Shown in pieces: positions 51,491 through 64,000 of a stretch of DNA of 64,000 nucleotides. The stretch comes from Octopus bimaculoides (lineage: Eukaryota): contig NC_068995.1 of assembly GCF_001194135.2 (NCBI RefSeq), positions 34,585,646-34,649,645 on the forward strand, in the 5' to 3' direction. The position numbers and the translations under genes are program-made. The notes beneath the pieces were generated by a model, which searched no databases, was not told the DNA's origin, and saw only the letters and a program-made list of their open reading frames with translations. Numbering within the stretch: position 1 is the stretch's first letter; each line of letters starts with the position of its first letter.

Positions 51491-51525
51491 CTTTCCGACG
51501 AAGGGCTACGCCCGAAACGTCATGC
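51491..51525 (+). ncRNA. Degenerate minimal HHR-like motif (PLE type)
   Basis: CCGACGA-A-GGGC-TAC-GCCC-GAAACGTC; U4 mutated and stem I poor. Confidence 0.45.
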
Positions 51526-51640
51526 GCTCTCGCTTTCCNNNNNNNNNNTATATATAAATATATATATACATACATGCGAATGTGCGATGTGGATGTGGGT
51601 GTAGGTGTGGATGTGTGCACACATGTGTATGTTTCTGTGA

Positions 51641-51690
<50 letters not shown>

Positions 51691-52235
51691 TGTAAGCTCA
51701 AGTAAATGCTTATATGAACATACGCACTGTTTGTGCATATATGTGTGTATTTGTAAGTGTATGAGTGTGTGAAAATTATGTAGATGTATTTGTTATATGA
51801 ATTGTAAAATAGACATTCAGACAGTATAACCAATGTATTTTATCCTATCCCCTATTTTTTCCCTTTTTCTAAACAGGAGCAGATAATCCAGCATACACAG
51901 ATCGTTATATATACACCAAGTGACTCACTAGATACATTTATAATAAATGTCAGTACAGGCCAAGTGTAACTAAATACTTCTAAATCCAATGTTTAATTTA
52001 GTTGCTATATAAAACCTACTTCTGACAAGCCTGATTCCAAGCCTGTAAACAACTTATTACGACAAACTTCGTTACAGACTTATACATACAAATATATATA
52101 CACACACATATACATACATTTACATATCTATACATAGATACATACATACATGCACACATACATACATACATACATACATATGAATATGCATTCATATATA
52201 TATGTACATATATATATATATATATATACATATAT

Positions 52236-52287
<52 letters not shown>

Positions 52288-53559
52288 GTGTACATACATA
52301 TATATATATATATGTATATACATACGCGTACCCACACACACACGCACACACAAACACACACAGACACACTCACACATACATATATATAAACCAAAACCTG
52401 TGATACTTAAACGTTTGTTGAAGTCGTTACATATAGACATATTACAAAGAAAAAATAAACATACCAATTGAAATGTTTATGATGGTGGCGGGAAACTCTG
52501 GTGGGGGGAGAGTGAGTGAGCGAGTGTGCATGGTTGTGTGTATGTGTGTGTATGTGTGTGTGTGTGTGTGTGCGTGTGTGTGTATGTGTGTGTGTGTCCG
52601 AATGAGAGAAAGAGAGAGAGCGAGAGAAAGAGTGAGAGATAGAGTGAGAGTGAGTGAACGCAGGAGCATGTGGGAGAGGAATAGCAGAAAATTCGGTAAA
52701 TTCTTTTATATATACCAACATTTTATTTTATAAACAGTGTTGACAAAACACACCCGATATTTCTGACCGTGAGGGATAAAAACAGCTATTACTAATAATA
52801 TATATATATCCCAGGGTTTCAAGTTCTGTCGATAAAACGAAAGTGTCGGTCGTTAGCGTGAAGCTAATTGATGAGTTTGGCAATATTGTTAGCAACCGAC
52901 GTAAATGCAGTGACGGAGATCTAACCGGATAGCTGGCCATTTTACTAAGAAACTATATTTAGTATTATAAATCACTCTTAATACTTTTAAATCTAATAGA
53001 TCTTTTCGATAATTAATTAGTTGAGCTTGTGCTTGCCACATAACTTAAATGACGCCATTTAAAAGAAGACTTTCATGCTAGCAATCCGCAGCTCATTAAT
53101 AATTTCTGGAATAAGGAAAAGGTTTGCAGATTTTTAAAGAATTTTTATGAGAGGAGGGAATTCGAATTGACGATATTCATGCATTTCCAGAGATTGATAA
53201 CAGTTTAAATGAAGTGAAATGTTTGTAAACGAGAACCTAAAGTGATATTTCGCCGGTTTCCTACTAAATATTTTATAATCGTTATTCTAACTTCAATAAT
53301 ATCAATAAACATCGCTGGACAAACTAACAATTAATCATGCTAAAAAAAACATCTTCAAAAATAGAAAAGTTGCGAAAATCTTAACTATTCAGTAGAAACA
53401 TGGAACGCACGTGTATGTGTGTGTATGTGTGTTTGTGTGTGCATACATGTGTATATATATGTATACATATATGCAGGCATATGTATTTATATACATACAT
53501 ATATATATATAATATAGTGTAATATAATATACTATCATATATATATGAATATATATATA

Positions 53560-53718
53560 TATTTCTCCTTGTTTCTCTACTTATTTCTTTCTGTGTTCCT
53601 TTCAGTTGAAGAGCGTAGCTCGAAACATCAAAGACTTTCTCTATTCCCGAGCGTTAAACTAATACATCCATTTGTTGTTTACACCACCTGTCTTCTGTTG
53701 TTTTTTTCGTAAATTCTC

Positions 53719-53720
<2 letters not shown>
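53560..53720 (+). mobile_element. PLE terminal-repeat fragment with HHR-like motif
   Basis: CTTT-CAGTTGA-A-GAGC-GTA-GCTC-GAAACATC-AAAG then CCCGAGCGTTAAACTAATACA; same family as 10200-10330. Confidence 0.65.
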
Positions 53721-53759
<39 letters not shown>

Positions 53760-54141
53760 TACATACATACATATGCTTAAGATAGTTGGATAAAATATTA
53801 AACACATAGTTGTTAGTGCAATGTGTACATTAGTCTTGTTCTTTATGACGATAATATCTGTAGTTGGCAAATGTTTATCTAATTAATTATTAAGACTACT
53901 TATTAGTTTTAAAAGTAATAATTGTCATTCTTAAAAATCTGTAAATATTTTTAGCCATCTGCTATTGGAATTTCAAACTGTTGGGATATCCTAAAATACA
54001 CTCTTTTTTCTGGTATTAAAAAAGATATAACGCCAAGATGAATTTCATCCAAAGAATTGTTGTGGGGCTCCCAGACCATAAGTAGGTTTGTTCAATACGT
54101 ATAAATATTGGACGTGATAGCTAGTGAGAAGCGTCGAGTAG

Positions 54142-54728
54142 AGAATTTTGGAGTTGTTGATTTAGTCTGGCGATAACGTGATTGCTGAGAGCGGTGAGTT
54201 GTTGCAATTTGGAATTTTTGAAACTGTTATTTGTTGGAATTTTGAGATCTATTTTATATTGTTGGAATTTTGAGATCTATTTTATATTGTTGGAATTTTG
54301 AGATCTATTTTATATTGTTGGAATTTTGAGATCTATTTTATATTGTTGACTTTATTTATTTCTTCCCCATTTTTTGGTGAAGATATGAAAGCTGCCAGCC
54401 GACGTTCTGCAATTGAAGGAATTGATGTTAAAGGAAAAAGATTTTAAAAAGTACCAAGGATGTTTTAAAAAAGAGGGAGACTGCCTCAGGTTGATACCCC
54501 AGTAGAAGCGATGGAAAGGGCAGAAAGGAAAATAATTACTTACAGAACTCTTAACGTAGAAACGAAAAGAGTGGAAGTAGCGGAGGTCGATGCCATTGAG
54601 GAATGCCTGCGCGAAGTGAAGGGATTAACGACGTTCTATACCCGTGGAAGGAAGTACGGCACGGTGGAGGTTCGTGGAAAGAAGTACAGCAGGGTGGAGG
54701 ATGAAGCGAAAAAGTACGCCACGGTGCC

Positions 54729-54780
<52 letters not shown>

Positions 54781-55113
54781 TCGAGAAATTGACGGAATTT
54801 TTTAGAACAAGAATAAGGAAAACTGGACTACTTTCAGCACAATACATTACCGAATGTTGTCGAGTTTGATGACTTGACGGATTACATGCGGGCTATGTAA
54901 AATCGTATAAAAGACTGATGAAATTATGATTTATTAGAACAGTAAAATGTAACTTCTTGCTTTGGGGAGCTCGTAAGCCATTGCATTTTTTCATTCCTTG
55001 ATTCATTATATTCATATTTCATACGCTTCGTTCTATGTACCCCACGTTTTGTGTTGTCTGTCTTCGTGGTGTCCCCTCTTTGTTCAGGCTTTATGCCTAT
55101 AATAAAGAAAATA
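54142..55113 (+). mobile_element. Internally deleted non-LTR retrotransposon (Tx1/L1-like): 5' UTR, ORF1 start, ORF2 end and 3' UTR
   Basis: ORF1-like MERAERKIITYRTL...KYGTVEVR (54511-54752), (GA)n, then VEKLTEFFRTRIRK resembling an ORF2 C-terminus. Tail AATAAAGAAAATAAG (55101-55115). Possible TSD AAGCGTCG(A)GTAG at 54129-41 and 55113-24. Confidence 0.45.
54231..54348. repeat. 28-bp tandem repeat, 4 perfect copies plus a partial
   Basis: TTGTTGGAATTTTGAGATCTATTTTATA at 54231, 54259, 54287 and 54315; no spacers. Confidence 0.95.
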
Positions 55114-55324
55114 AGCGTCGGTAGTCTAGACGTCGAGTTCTGTTGAGTCGAGTCGTCGGAAGTGAGAGATCGGTAGTTGAGTAGAGGTGGGTTATTGGCG
55201 AAAGCACGCCATCCGAACATGCGATATAACAAGCATAATGCAGTTTTCGATGATTGGCAACTTACTTTTGTGTTAGATTATCTTCAGAATCCGAAGTTCT
55301 ATGAATTAACTATATTCCTTTTGG

Positions 55325-55868
55325 CAAAATATCGATTTAAAATTTTGGCACAAAGCTGGCATGTTCAAAGGAGGAGGTAAGTGAATTACATCGACTCTAG
55401 AGTACAACTGGCACTTATTTTATCGACCCCGAAAGGATGAAGGGTAAAGTCGACCTCGGCGGAATTTGAACTCAGAACGTAATGATGGACGAAATGCCGT
55501 TAAGAATTTCGCCCGGCGTGCTATCGATTACTCCTGCTCGCTGCTTTCTGTTGGCAAAATATTACTGTACATAGAGCCACTTCGTCATCCTGTGATATGT
55601 GTATGTACTAGGCATGGAATGTACATACTTCCGGAGAAAAAAATAAATGCTTCAGATTTTGACACAAGGGCAGCAATTTTAGAGAGAGAGGGCAAGTCGA
55701 TTATATCGACCCCAATCATTGACTCCTACTTTATTTTGTCGACCTCGAAAGGACGAAGGGTAAAGTCGACCCTGACAACATTTTAGCTAAGAACGTAAAG
55801 AGACGAAAGAAATGCCACTAAACATTTTGTTCGACGCGCTAACGATTGTGCTTCATCGTTGCCTTAAC
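55325..55868 (-). mobile_element. Two SINE family A copies (55325-55545, 55652-55868)
   Basis: TTATCGACCCCGAAAGGATGAAGGGTAAAGTCGACCTCGGCGGAATTTGAACTC in the first, diverged equivalent in the second. Confidence 0.85.
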
Positions 55869-56349
55869 TACCACGAAGAAATAATGTCAATCAGTCCATC
55901 ACATTTTAAACATAACCACTTAACTATGAACACTTGATAACGAGGAAATGAAATCAACTTGTTGATATAACTTTTATAATGATGTCTTTCATAGGAAAAT
56001 ACTTATAGTTGCTCTGACCTCTTTCTACGTGACCATTTGTACGATAAGCAAAGTTCATAAGCTAATCAAAGAGAGTTTACGTTATTTACTTGCACGACTT
56101 CTAAGACTTAATCTTACTCGAATCATATTAAATTTCTATTTTCGTGAGGGTGAGAAAGTCAGTATCAACGTTTTAAAACTTGTTGATATCAGAATAATAA
56201 AGATCTTTGACTACAGTGGAGTGAAATAATTGTTTGAACGAAATATCAAATTCCTTGCATTGAGGGACAGCGCTTTATGTTCTTGGTTCAAATCACGCCA
56301 AGGTTATCTTTGCCTTTCATCCTTCTAGGGTTCATCAAGTAAAGTATTT

Positions 56350-57035
56350 TTTCCATTTTTTTCAGTCGTTGGACTGCGGCCATGCTGGAGTACCAGCTTG
56401 AAGGGTTTAGTCATTGAAATCGTCCCGAATACTTATTTTTTTAGCGTAGTACCTTTCCATCGGTTTCGTTTTGCCGATCTGTTGGGTTACGAAGACGTAG
56501 ACAAACCAACACTGGATGTCGAGGGTAGTTGAGTTTAAATACAAACACACACACACACACACTTCACACTCACATACACACACATATACACATACACAAA
56601 CACACATACACAGAGGCGACCAGGTGACGTGTTTCTTATTTCTTTATTGCCCACAAGGGGCTAAACATAGAGGAGACAAACAAGGACAGACAAAGAGATT
56701 AAATCGATTACATCGACTCCTGCACGTAACTGGTACTTTGCTTATCGACCCCGAAAGGATGAAAGGCAAAGTCGATCTCGGCGGAATTTGAACTCATAAC
56801 GTAACGGTAGACGAAATACCGCTAAGCATTTCGCCCGGCGTGGTAACGTTTCTGCCAACTCGCCGCCTTTCGACCAGGTGACGTGTTTCTTTCAGTTTCT
56901 GTCTACCAAATCGATTCACAATGCAGTGGTCGTCCCGGGGCTATAGTAGAAGACACTTTCCCAAGGTGCCATGCAGTGAGACTTCATCAGAAACCATATG
57001 CTTGGCAAGCAAACTTCTCAACATACAGCGATGGT
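56350..57035 (-). mobile_element. SINE family B host copy, split by a (CA)n tract and a nested family A SINE
   Basis: 3' part CCAGCATGGCCGCAGTC (minus) near 56370; 5' part CTATAGTAGAAGACACTTTCCCAAGGTGCC 56940-56970. Confidence 0.7.
56638..56870 (-). mobile_element. Young SINE family A variant with perfect 21-bp TSD
   Basis: CGACCAGGTGACGTGTTTCTT at 56617-56637 and 56871-56891; full head to tail. Confidence 0.9.
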
Positions 57036-57261
57036 TGTGCCTATACAAAACTATTTGTACTCTTCCAGGAAGAGTACATTTGGAAATAATATCATGAACA
57101 ATATGCATCCTATATATGGAATTATACTAGAAGACAAATGTAAAGTGACTGCAAAACTTAGTGTTGTAGCAAATTTAAATCAAAAAGAATATCAGTATAT
57201 TAGAAAAAGGAAGATAAAATGATCTTGATCTTCCTGATGGTCTCAGCAACAAGGATAATGC

Positions 57262-57324
57262 CATCGCTGCCGCTGCCGCCGCTGCCGCCGCTGCCGCCGC
57301 TGCCGCCGCTGCCGCCGCTGCCGC
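57262..57324. repeat. GC-rich (GCCGCTGCC)n repeat running into a gap
   Basis: Direct inspection. Confidence 0.9.
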
Positions 57325-58554
57325 NNNNNNNNNNNNNNNNNNNNNNNNNNNNNNNNNNNNNNNNNNNNNNNNNNNNNNNNNNNNNNNNNNNNNNNNNNNN
57401 NNNNNNNNNNNNNNNNNNNNNNNNNNNNNNNNNNNNNNNNNNNNNNNNNNNNNNNNNNNNNNNNNNNNNNNNNNNNNNNNNNNNNNNNNNNNNNNNNNNN
57501 NNNNNNNNNNNNNNNNNNNNNNNNNNNNNNNNNNNNNNNNNNNNNNNNNNNNNNNNNNNNNNNNNNNNNNNNNNNNNNNNNNNNNNNNNNNNNNNNNNNN
57601 NNNNNNNNNNNNNNNNNNNNNNNNNNNNNNNNNNNNNNNNNNNNNNNNNNNNNNNNNNNNNNNNNNNNNNNNNNNNNNNNNNNNNNNNNNNNNNNNNNNN
57701 NNNNNNNNNNNNNNNNNNNNNNNNNNNNNNNNNNNNTTAAGGAAACGCTTGGGTACACTTCGGCAAGAAGCGCACAGAGAGTATTGAGTTCCCTCCTTCA
57801 CCAAAAGCTAGTTGCAGAAGGAAGGCTATGAAAACGGTAGCAGTAGCTTGGGCGTTGATTCGGCATGGCCACAACACTTAGACTGGTTTTAGTAAAAGAC
57901 AAAGAAAACAAGGAATATGTACATACACATTTATACATACAATCGATTATACAAGTCAACAATCCTCTGGTGCAACTCGTCTTTTATGTGAAAGTGTCCG
58001 CGGACATCGTACAATATTTTCTGTGCTTTAGATAAAAAATCTTCCTTCTTTTACAAGGTGCTATATATTATCTAATTAATAGACACTCACTTAAATTTCC
58101 ACATTCTAATACTCTGAACTTGGTTGATAATATAGCCAGCGTAAACGGCAGGAAATTAAACACTATTGGTAATTACTTAGGTATTAATAACGTTTCTTGT
58201 AGTTCGTCTATATTTAGTACATATCCCATTAATAATACTCATTAAAGTAAGAAGAATTGTACTAATGATCTTATGAATCTTCATTAGTAAAGATAAAAAC
58301 AATGTTGCTTCACTACTTAGTAAACCTGATGCTTTATACAAGTGTAGAGATAGATGTAATAGCCTACTGAAATATCAATGACCCTGTAAGAATATAGTAT
58401 ATAAATGTTTCTTCCTGATAACGGGGTTACTGCAACGGAAGTTAAAGCAAGGTTGAATAATCCTGAAAATTCTTTTACATTCATGAAGTAATTACGTAGC
58501 ACATGTTTAGTAAAGTTAATCTGGGATTTCAAAGACAAAAATATCAATTTCAAA

Positions 58555-58742
58555 TTTTGGCACAAGGTTAGTAAGTCGGTTACATTGTTTCCAGTGCTCA
58601 AACGGCACTTATATTATCGACACTGAAATGATGAAAGGTAAAGTTGACCTCGGCAGAGTTTGAACCCAGGACGTAAAGACGGACGAAATGCCATTAAATA
58701 TTTTGCCCGGCGTGCTAAAGATTCTGCCAGCTGACCGCCTTA
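58555..58742 (-). mobile_element. SINE family A
   Basis: GATGAAAGGTAAAGTTGACCTCGGCAGAGTTTGAACCC...TTCTGCCAGCTGACCGCCTTA. Confidence 0.8.
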
Positions 58743-59465
58743 TATCAAAAATATAAATCACTCCGTTTCGTGGTCTATTATATAAACTGCATTTCCATGT
58801 AAATGGGGTGGGATAGCTTTAATCTGTGTTCCATGAAGACACTTGAAATTCTAAAATGAAAATCAGGTCTAATTCATAAATATAACAAGCTGTTAATTAA
58901 TAAAGTATTTTTTAAATATATTTACTCAACTTATGAATGGCAGAGAAATAGATAAGTGCGAACACATATATTTATGCTGTCTGAAATTCTTTTCTCGCTG
59001 TTACTACAATTCATCTTCAATTGGTCTCCTCTATAATATTAGAAATGACTTCTTGCTAGAACTTTATATCTTAACTTATTTTTTATCTCCGAAATATCCC
59101 GCTTTACACTTCATTCTTATATTTTCTTGTATGTCTAGTGAGTATTTTGATTTACTATATTCATTATTTACATATATCTATTTATTTAATCAATTACTGT
59201 ATATATGTGTATACATGAATATATAGCGGTGTATGTGCATGTATGTATGTATGTATGTATATATATGTATATGAGTATATATATATATATATATATNNNN
59301 NNNNNNNNNNNNNNNNNNNNNNNNNNNNNNNNNNNNNNNNNNNNNNNNNNNNNNNNNNNNNNNNNNNNNNNNNNNNNNNNNNNNNNNNNNNNNNNNNNNN
59401 NNNNNNNNNNNNNNNNNNNNNNNNNNNNNNNNNNNNNNNNNNNNNNNNNNNNNNNNNNNNNNNNN

Positions 59466-59503
<38 letters not shown>

Positions 59504-60329
59504 TGTGTGCGTGCGTGTGAGTATGTGTGTCTGAATGATATTGTTAGCACTACTAATTACATTTGTATCACACTTCTCTATATAAATTTCTTTAAAATGT
59601 TGTCTAATTATAATATATCCACATATTAATAGCCGGCTTCTTCAAGATTACCAATGCTTCATCAGTAAACAAATTGAATATTGTTGCATGAATGTGTCTT
59701 TTCAAATTAACAAACAACACATTTTTACTTGCCGAATTCCATTTCAGTATCCTATAAATATATCTTGCGTTCAATGTTTACTTACAATCGTATCATTTTG
59801 ATTTTTTAAAACTTAGGAAGTGACTTTATGTCGTTCATAAATTGGTTAATTGCTTGTATCCAATCTCCATGGTTAATCTCTGGCCTTCTCGTGTTCGTAT
59901 CCCATTCCAGTTGCATGTAATATCACTGATATTTCAATAGCCACAAATAGGGTTGCATGTCATTAACTTTTTTTTAAATCAACTCTTTCCTACAAAAGTG
60001 GCTTTTAATTTCATACAATTCATTTCTTAGAATTATGCAAGCTTACCTAATCAATTGTCAGGTATGTTCTGCTCCGTGGTGACTACAGGATGTTGGCATC
60101 ACTTAGACGGCATTATGCCGGATGTAACAGTTCAGCAAAACCGGCTCTTTTTTTTTGCATGCTACAAGTGGTAGGTGGTAGAGCATAAATGATGTTGGTG
60201 TCAGTTAGTCGTTATTTTGTAGTGTATGATATTTCAGCGACAACAGTTACCACTTGTGAAATTCGTTAATTTACACTTTTTCCATACAGAAAATACTTAT
60301 TACAAAACACCATCGCCAAAATAATATAA

Positions 60330-61050
60330 AGAGAACCACCGGTATTACAAAATACTATGACGTAAACATCGAATCACAGGACGCAGCTACCCTCCTAAAT
60401 ATATATCGTGTGGATGGCCTCGCCATGCAAGCTTCTTCTATATCACATTTCAAGCCACAAGCTCAAACTTCCTTCTAAAGCTAACTCTCAGCTAATCAAC
60501 CCCATCTAAGAGATAGGCATGGAAGTAGGTAAATAGTCGGTGCCATGAAACTGGATATCAGAAGGGCTACATGAGTGATCCACTAAGATTGTCTAACCGC
60601 TCTAACGAACTGGTTCTGCAGGATCGAAGATAAAACAATCTGCAATTTCACTCTGTTCAATAACAAAGATTTCTACCCGTCAATATCGAAATACCATTCA
60701 TGAAGCTCCTCGACTTCGGTGGAGAATCTACTAGAATTAGCGACCTCAATACGTGAATCGTTTTGAATGCGAAGACGTTACTTCTGTTTCACGAAGATTC
60801 CTTCAGCGGGAATATGGGACTCGACCCATTTGTTTGATGTGTCCACTTATAACGATTTTTTTAAACTCGATACCCTAACAAAATGTACAAACACCTACAG
60901 TTCGACCCTTGTAGGGGTGATGGTCCGGGAATCTAAAGCTAAATGATTCCAATATCCTGCATTCTCCATTACGTGAACCTATCAATAAAAGTGATAATGC
61001 CAATGAGAAAAAAAGAACAAAAAAAAATACATATGATCCGAAATTACCAG
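60330..61050 (+). mobile_element. Degenerate Penelope-like reverse transcriptase remnant
   Basis: FYITF..LINP..EIG (cf. AYITLKDHK..RLINP.KSEIG), KTICNFTLFNNKDFYPSISK (PLE F..FDIKDFYPSIS), HLFDV, PCRGDGPGI (cf. LYRDDGLAI). Confidence 0.7.
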
Positions 61051-61405
61051 GCTAAATACCTAAAAAATCATTTAAAAATGTTATTTAAATTCTCTCCGCT
61101 TTCCTCCGAACATATTATCTTATAAACTTATCTTACGTACACGAAACTTTGAATAATGCTGAGCTGAGTCAAACGGTTGTAAATTAAATGGAACTTCAAT
61201 CGAAGGTGTTGTGTTTTAATTTGTTTCGTTTGTACTCACCCACATGTATGTATATATTATATATATTAATGTGTATTAAATATGTTATGAATTATTTGAT
61301 ACCTTGCAAATGCCTGTCCGTCTTTTAGTCTATTATACTTTTATATATATATATATGAAATAATTACTGTGAAGTATTGTATAGAATATATTGTATAAAA
61401 GATCG

Positions 61406-61615
61406 TAGGTAAGGCCAAAACAATGCGAAGTAAATGCAAGGTAAATCCCAAGAAAACAAATATGTGAATTAATGTAGACTTACCTTGTATTCAATATTTC
61501 GGGGTTATGACCCCATCCTCAGGAAATTGAATACAAGGTAAGCGTACATTAATTCACATATTTGCTCTCTTGTGATTTACCTTGCATTTACTTCGCATTG
61601 TTTTGGTCTTACCTA
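61406..61615. repeat. Foldback palindrome (about 94-bp arms, about 92% identical) with an HHR-like motif at the apex on the minus strand
   Basis: Arms 61406-61500 and 61523-61615 (right arm runs into the gap). Minus apex: CTGAGGA-T-GGGGT-CATA-ACCCC-GAAATATT. Confidence 0.85.
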
Positions 61616-62367
61616 NNNNNNNNNNNNNNNNNNNNNNNNNNNNNNNNNNNNNNNNNNNNNNNNNNNNNNNNNNNNNNNNNNNNNNNNNNNNNNNNNNNNN
61701 NNNNNNNNNNATATATATATATATATTCTGTGTTTACCGATTCAAGGAAATGTTTTTATAAATCTGTATGTGTATCCGCAGAATAAGAAAAAATCAGTAG
61801 CGTAACAGAAGTAGAAGCGAAGGCCGATGAAAATGAAGCAATAAGAAAATGGGAGAGAATGTAGGAAAAAAAAAATAATAAAACACTCTACTGGCTTTGA
61901 AATCATGGTTGTTGGCATGCAAATCAAATATTGTGGATTTTCAGGACACATGGCGTCTTTAAAATGTTGTAAAGCTTTAGCTGACTAACATAGTGTGGAA
62001 TGTGCGTTATTGGATGACCTTGTCTAAACACTTTTCTGTTACCACGGAAACGAACGGCTGATACCGATGACATATAACAGTTTTGGCAGCTAACTGACTT
62101 TGCATATCTTTCTCCGAAATATCCTACAAAATATTTCGCTTACATCAAACGTTGATGTCTTGCACAATGTAATCGGCCTCACATTAAGAACTATATCATT
62201 GAGCATGCTCCAAGGAGCTGCTGCTTCAACAAAAGCCACATCTACTCGCTATATTGTTAAAAAAAGTGAGAATGAAATCTTTCAATTATATTTGAGGTTT
62301 TGTAGTGTTGATAACAACGTACAAATTGTGTAATGGTTTCATTTACTAATATTTAATAATTGCAAGA

Positions 62368-62580
62368 CAGCGAAATAGCAGAATTGCTATCGCGCCGGAT
62401 AGAATGCTTAGCGGTATATCTTCCGACTTTACATTCTGATTTCCAATCGCGTCGGGGGTCGTCTTGTCGGTTCATCCTTTTGGGACAGATAAAATAAGTA
62501 CCAGTTGAACAGTGGGGTCAATATAGTCGACTTACCCCTCCCCCGAGATTTCTGGCCTGTGCCAAAATTCGAAACCAATA
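62368..62580 (+). mobile_element. SINE family A (diverged)
   Basis: ACAGCGAAATAGCAGAATTGCTATCGCGCCGG head, GATAAAATAAGTACCAGTTG centre. Confidence 0.75.
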
Positions 62581-62663
62581 TTTAATACCTGCATGAGGGA
62601 CGATGTTATGATCTTAGAGACTTTCTCATAGGAGACTGTTGCAATTAGTGTTAAACTTATTAT

Positions 62664-62888
62664 TTGTTGGGTGATACATGCAGCATAACTTTGATATGGA
62701 AAGAATTTCAGAGGAAAGTAGTTCTAGGGATAAATGAAGGAGTATTTCTGACGCGCTATGGCAGTAGTAATAAGGAGATAGAATTGTACGGCTGTAGGAT
62801 GGGGCCTAGAGCTACGCATTTTAACAGTTCAACGAAATGTAAGATTACTCCAATTGTAATATGTTCTGCTGTTGATCGACACCAGTAA
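62664..62888 (+). pseudogene. Possible degenerate Kunitz-like remnant
   Basis: ORF DTCSITL...EGVFLTRYG...LYGCRMG...HFNSSTKCK; by-eye resemblance only. Confidence 0.25.
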
Positions 62889-63558
62889 TACTTTCTTTAA
62901 GATGATAACCACTGATCAACTTGCATCTACATCTGTCAGGACGAACAAGACCTAATTACATAATTACTTGAACACAGTAAGGCAGATGTGAATTCTGCTC
63001 CTCAGATGATGCAAGAAATAACCAAAGCAGACGAGCCGTAGAAAAGCAAAATAGTATTAAAGGCATATTCATAAAAACGTAATGTTGTTCATTGTCTCGT
63101 GAAGACTCATGTGAAATCTTTGAGAGTGAAGGTCATTGCATTGTTGCAAAGAAGCTGAAGGAAAAAAATACACGAAGCTGCTCTAGTTTCCGTGAGTTTG
63201 ATATAAATAGGCTACACATTGAGTATTGGAGAGTAGATACAGACTAGCGACAGAGCTATCTTTAATATTACATAACATGTTCAACAAACATACGCTTGTA
63301 ATTTAGAATAATTGTCGATATTTGTAACAGATGATTATCCGTTAGAGAGAAATTACAGAGACTACTTTGCGAACAAAAGCATTTTATGGCAGTTTAATAT
63401 GTGTCCAAAGACAGATTTATATTCTTCAGATTTCTGAGTTTGTAAGGTGGAACTTTGCTGGGGAAAAAGTAAATGGGCGCGCGTCCACACACACACACAC
63501 ACTTATACACAAAACACATATTCACCCACAAACATCCTCACAAACGCACACACATATG

Positions 63559-63611
<53 letters not shown>

Positions 63612-63951
63612 ATGTATATATACATATACTTGTGTGTGTATACACACGCACATAGAGACAAACGCGCGTGCGCACGCATGCACACACGCACGCACACACA
63701 CATGTGTATCCGGTTCAAATATACTTCAAGCATGTCCGATTCGAACCCCTAAGAAAAGTCATTTACTATATTTTGGGAGGGAGATAATTTCTCTGACGTA
63801 TTTTTTCTATTCGATTTCGTTAATGTGAAGCACTCTTGTGACTTCGGCTACATAGACGATTGTGTTTATCAAACAAGCCTGATCGAGTTGGCAAGCTTCA
63901 GGGTGTCCACAGTTACAACTCGAAGTGTGCTCTTGGTGTGGCTTGCGAGTG

Positions 63952-64000
<49 letters not shown>

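Noticed and set aside
54231-54348. CRISPR-like array
   Set aside because: Head-to-tail repeats with no spacers, eukaryotic context, and no cas genes

Overview
AT-rich eukaryotic intergenic or intronic DNA with about 12 assembly gaps (N runs). The very high microsatellite density and the tRNA-derived SINE families point to a coleoid cephalopod, most likely Octopus (inferred; no database search was possible). I see no intact protein-coding gene, rRNA, bona fide tRNA or CRISPR array, and nearly all ORFs in the supplied track are microsatellite or N translations or transposon fragments. Recognisable content: three tRNA-SINE families (about 20 copies); two decayed full-length mariners; a piggyBac remnant; a Dong/R4-type RLE LINE sitting in (TAA)n with its RT core deleted; Penelope-like (PLE) RT and GIY-YIG remnants; and a probable Tx1-like LINE remnant. 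The best second-look signals are (i) hammerhead-ribozyme (HHR) motifs, one canonical and intact, inside long foldback palindromes at 44.0-44.4 kb and 61.4-61.6 kb; (ii) two pre-miRNA-like hairpins at 18.48 kb and 45.01 kb; (iii) a mariner-derived filler replacing the deleted RT of the LINE; and (iv) scattered, heavily degenerate Kunitz/Lustrin-like and Ig-like motifs that may be a dead exon cluster. Signal (iv) was read by eye and needs HMM confirmation.
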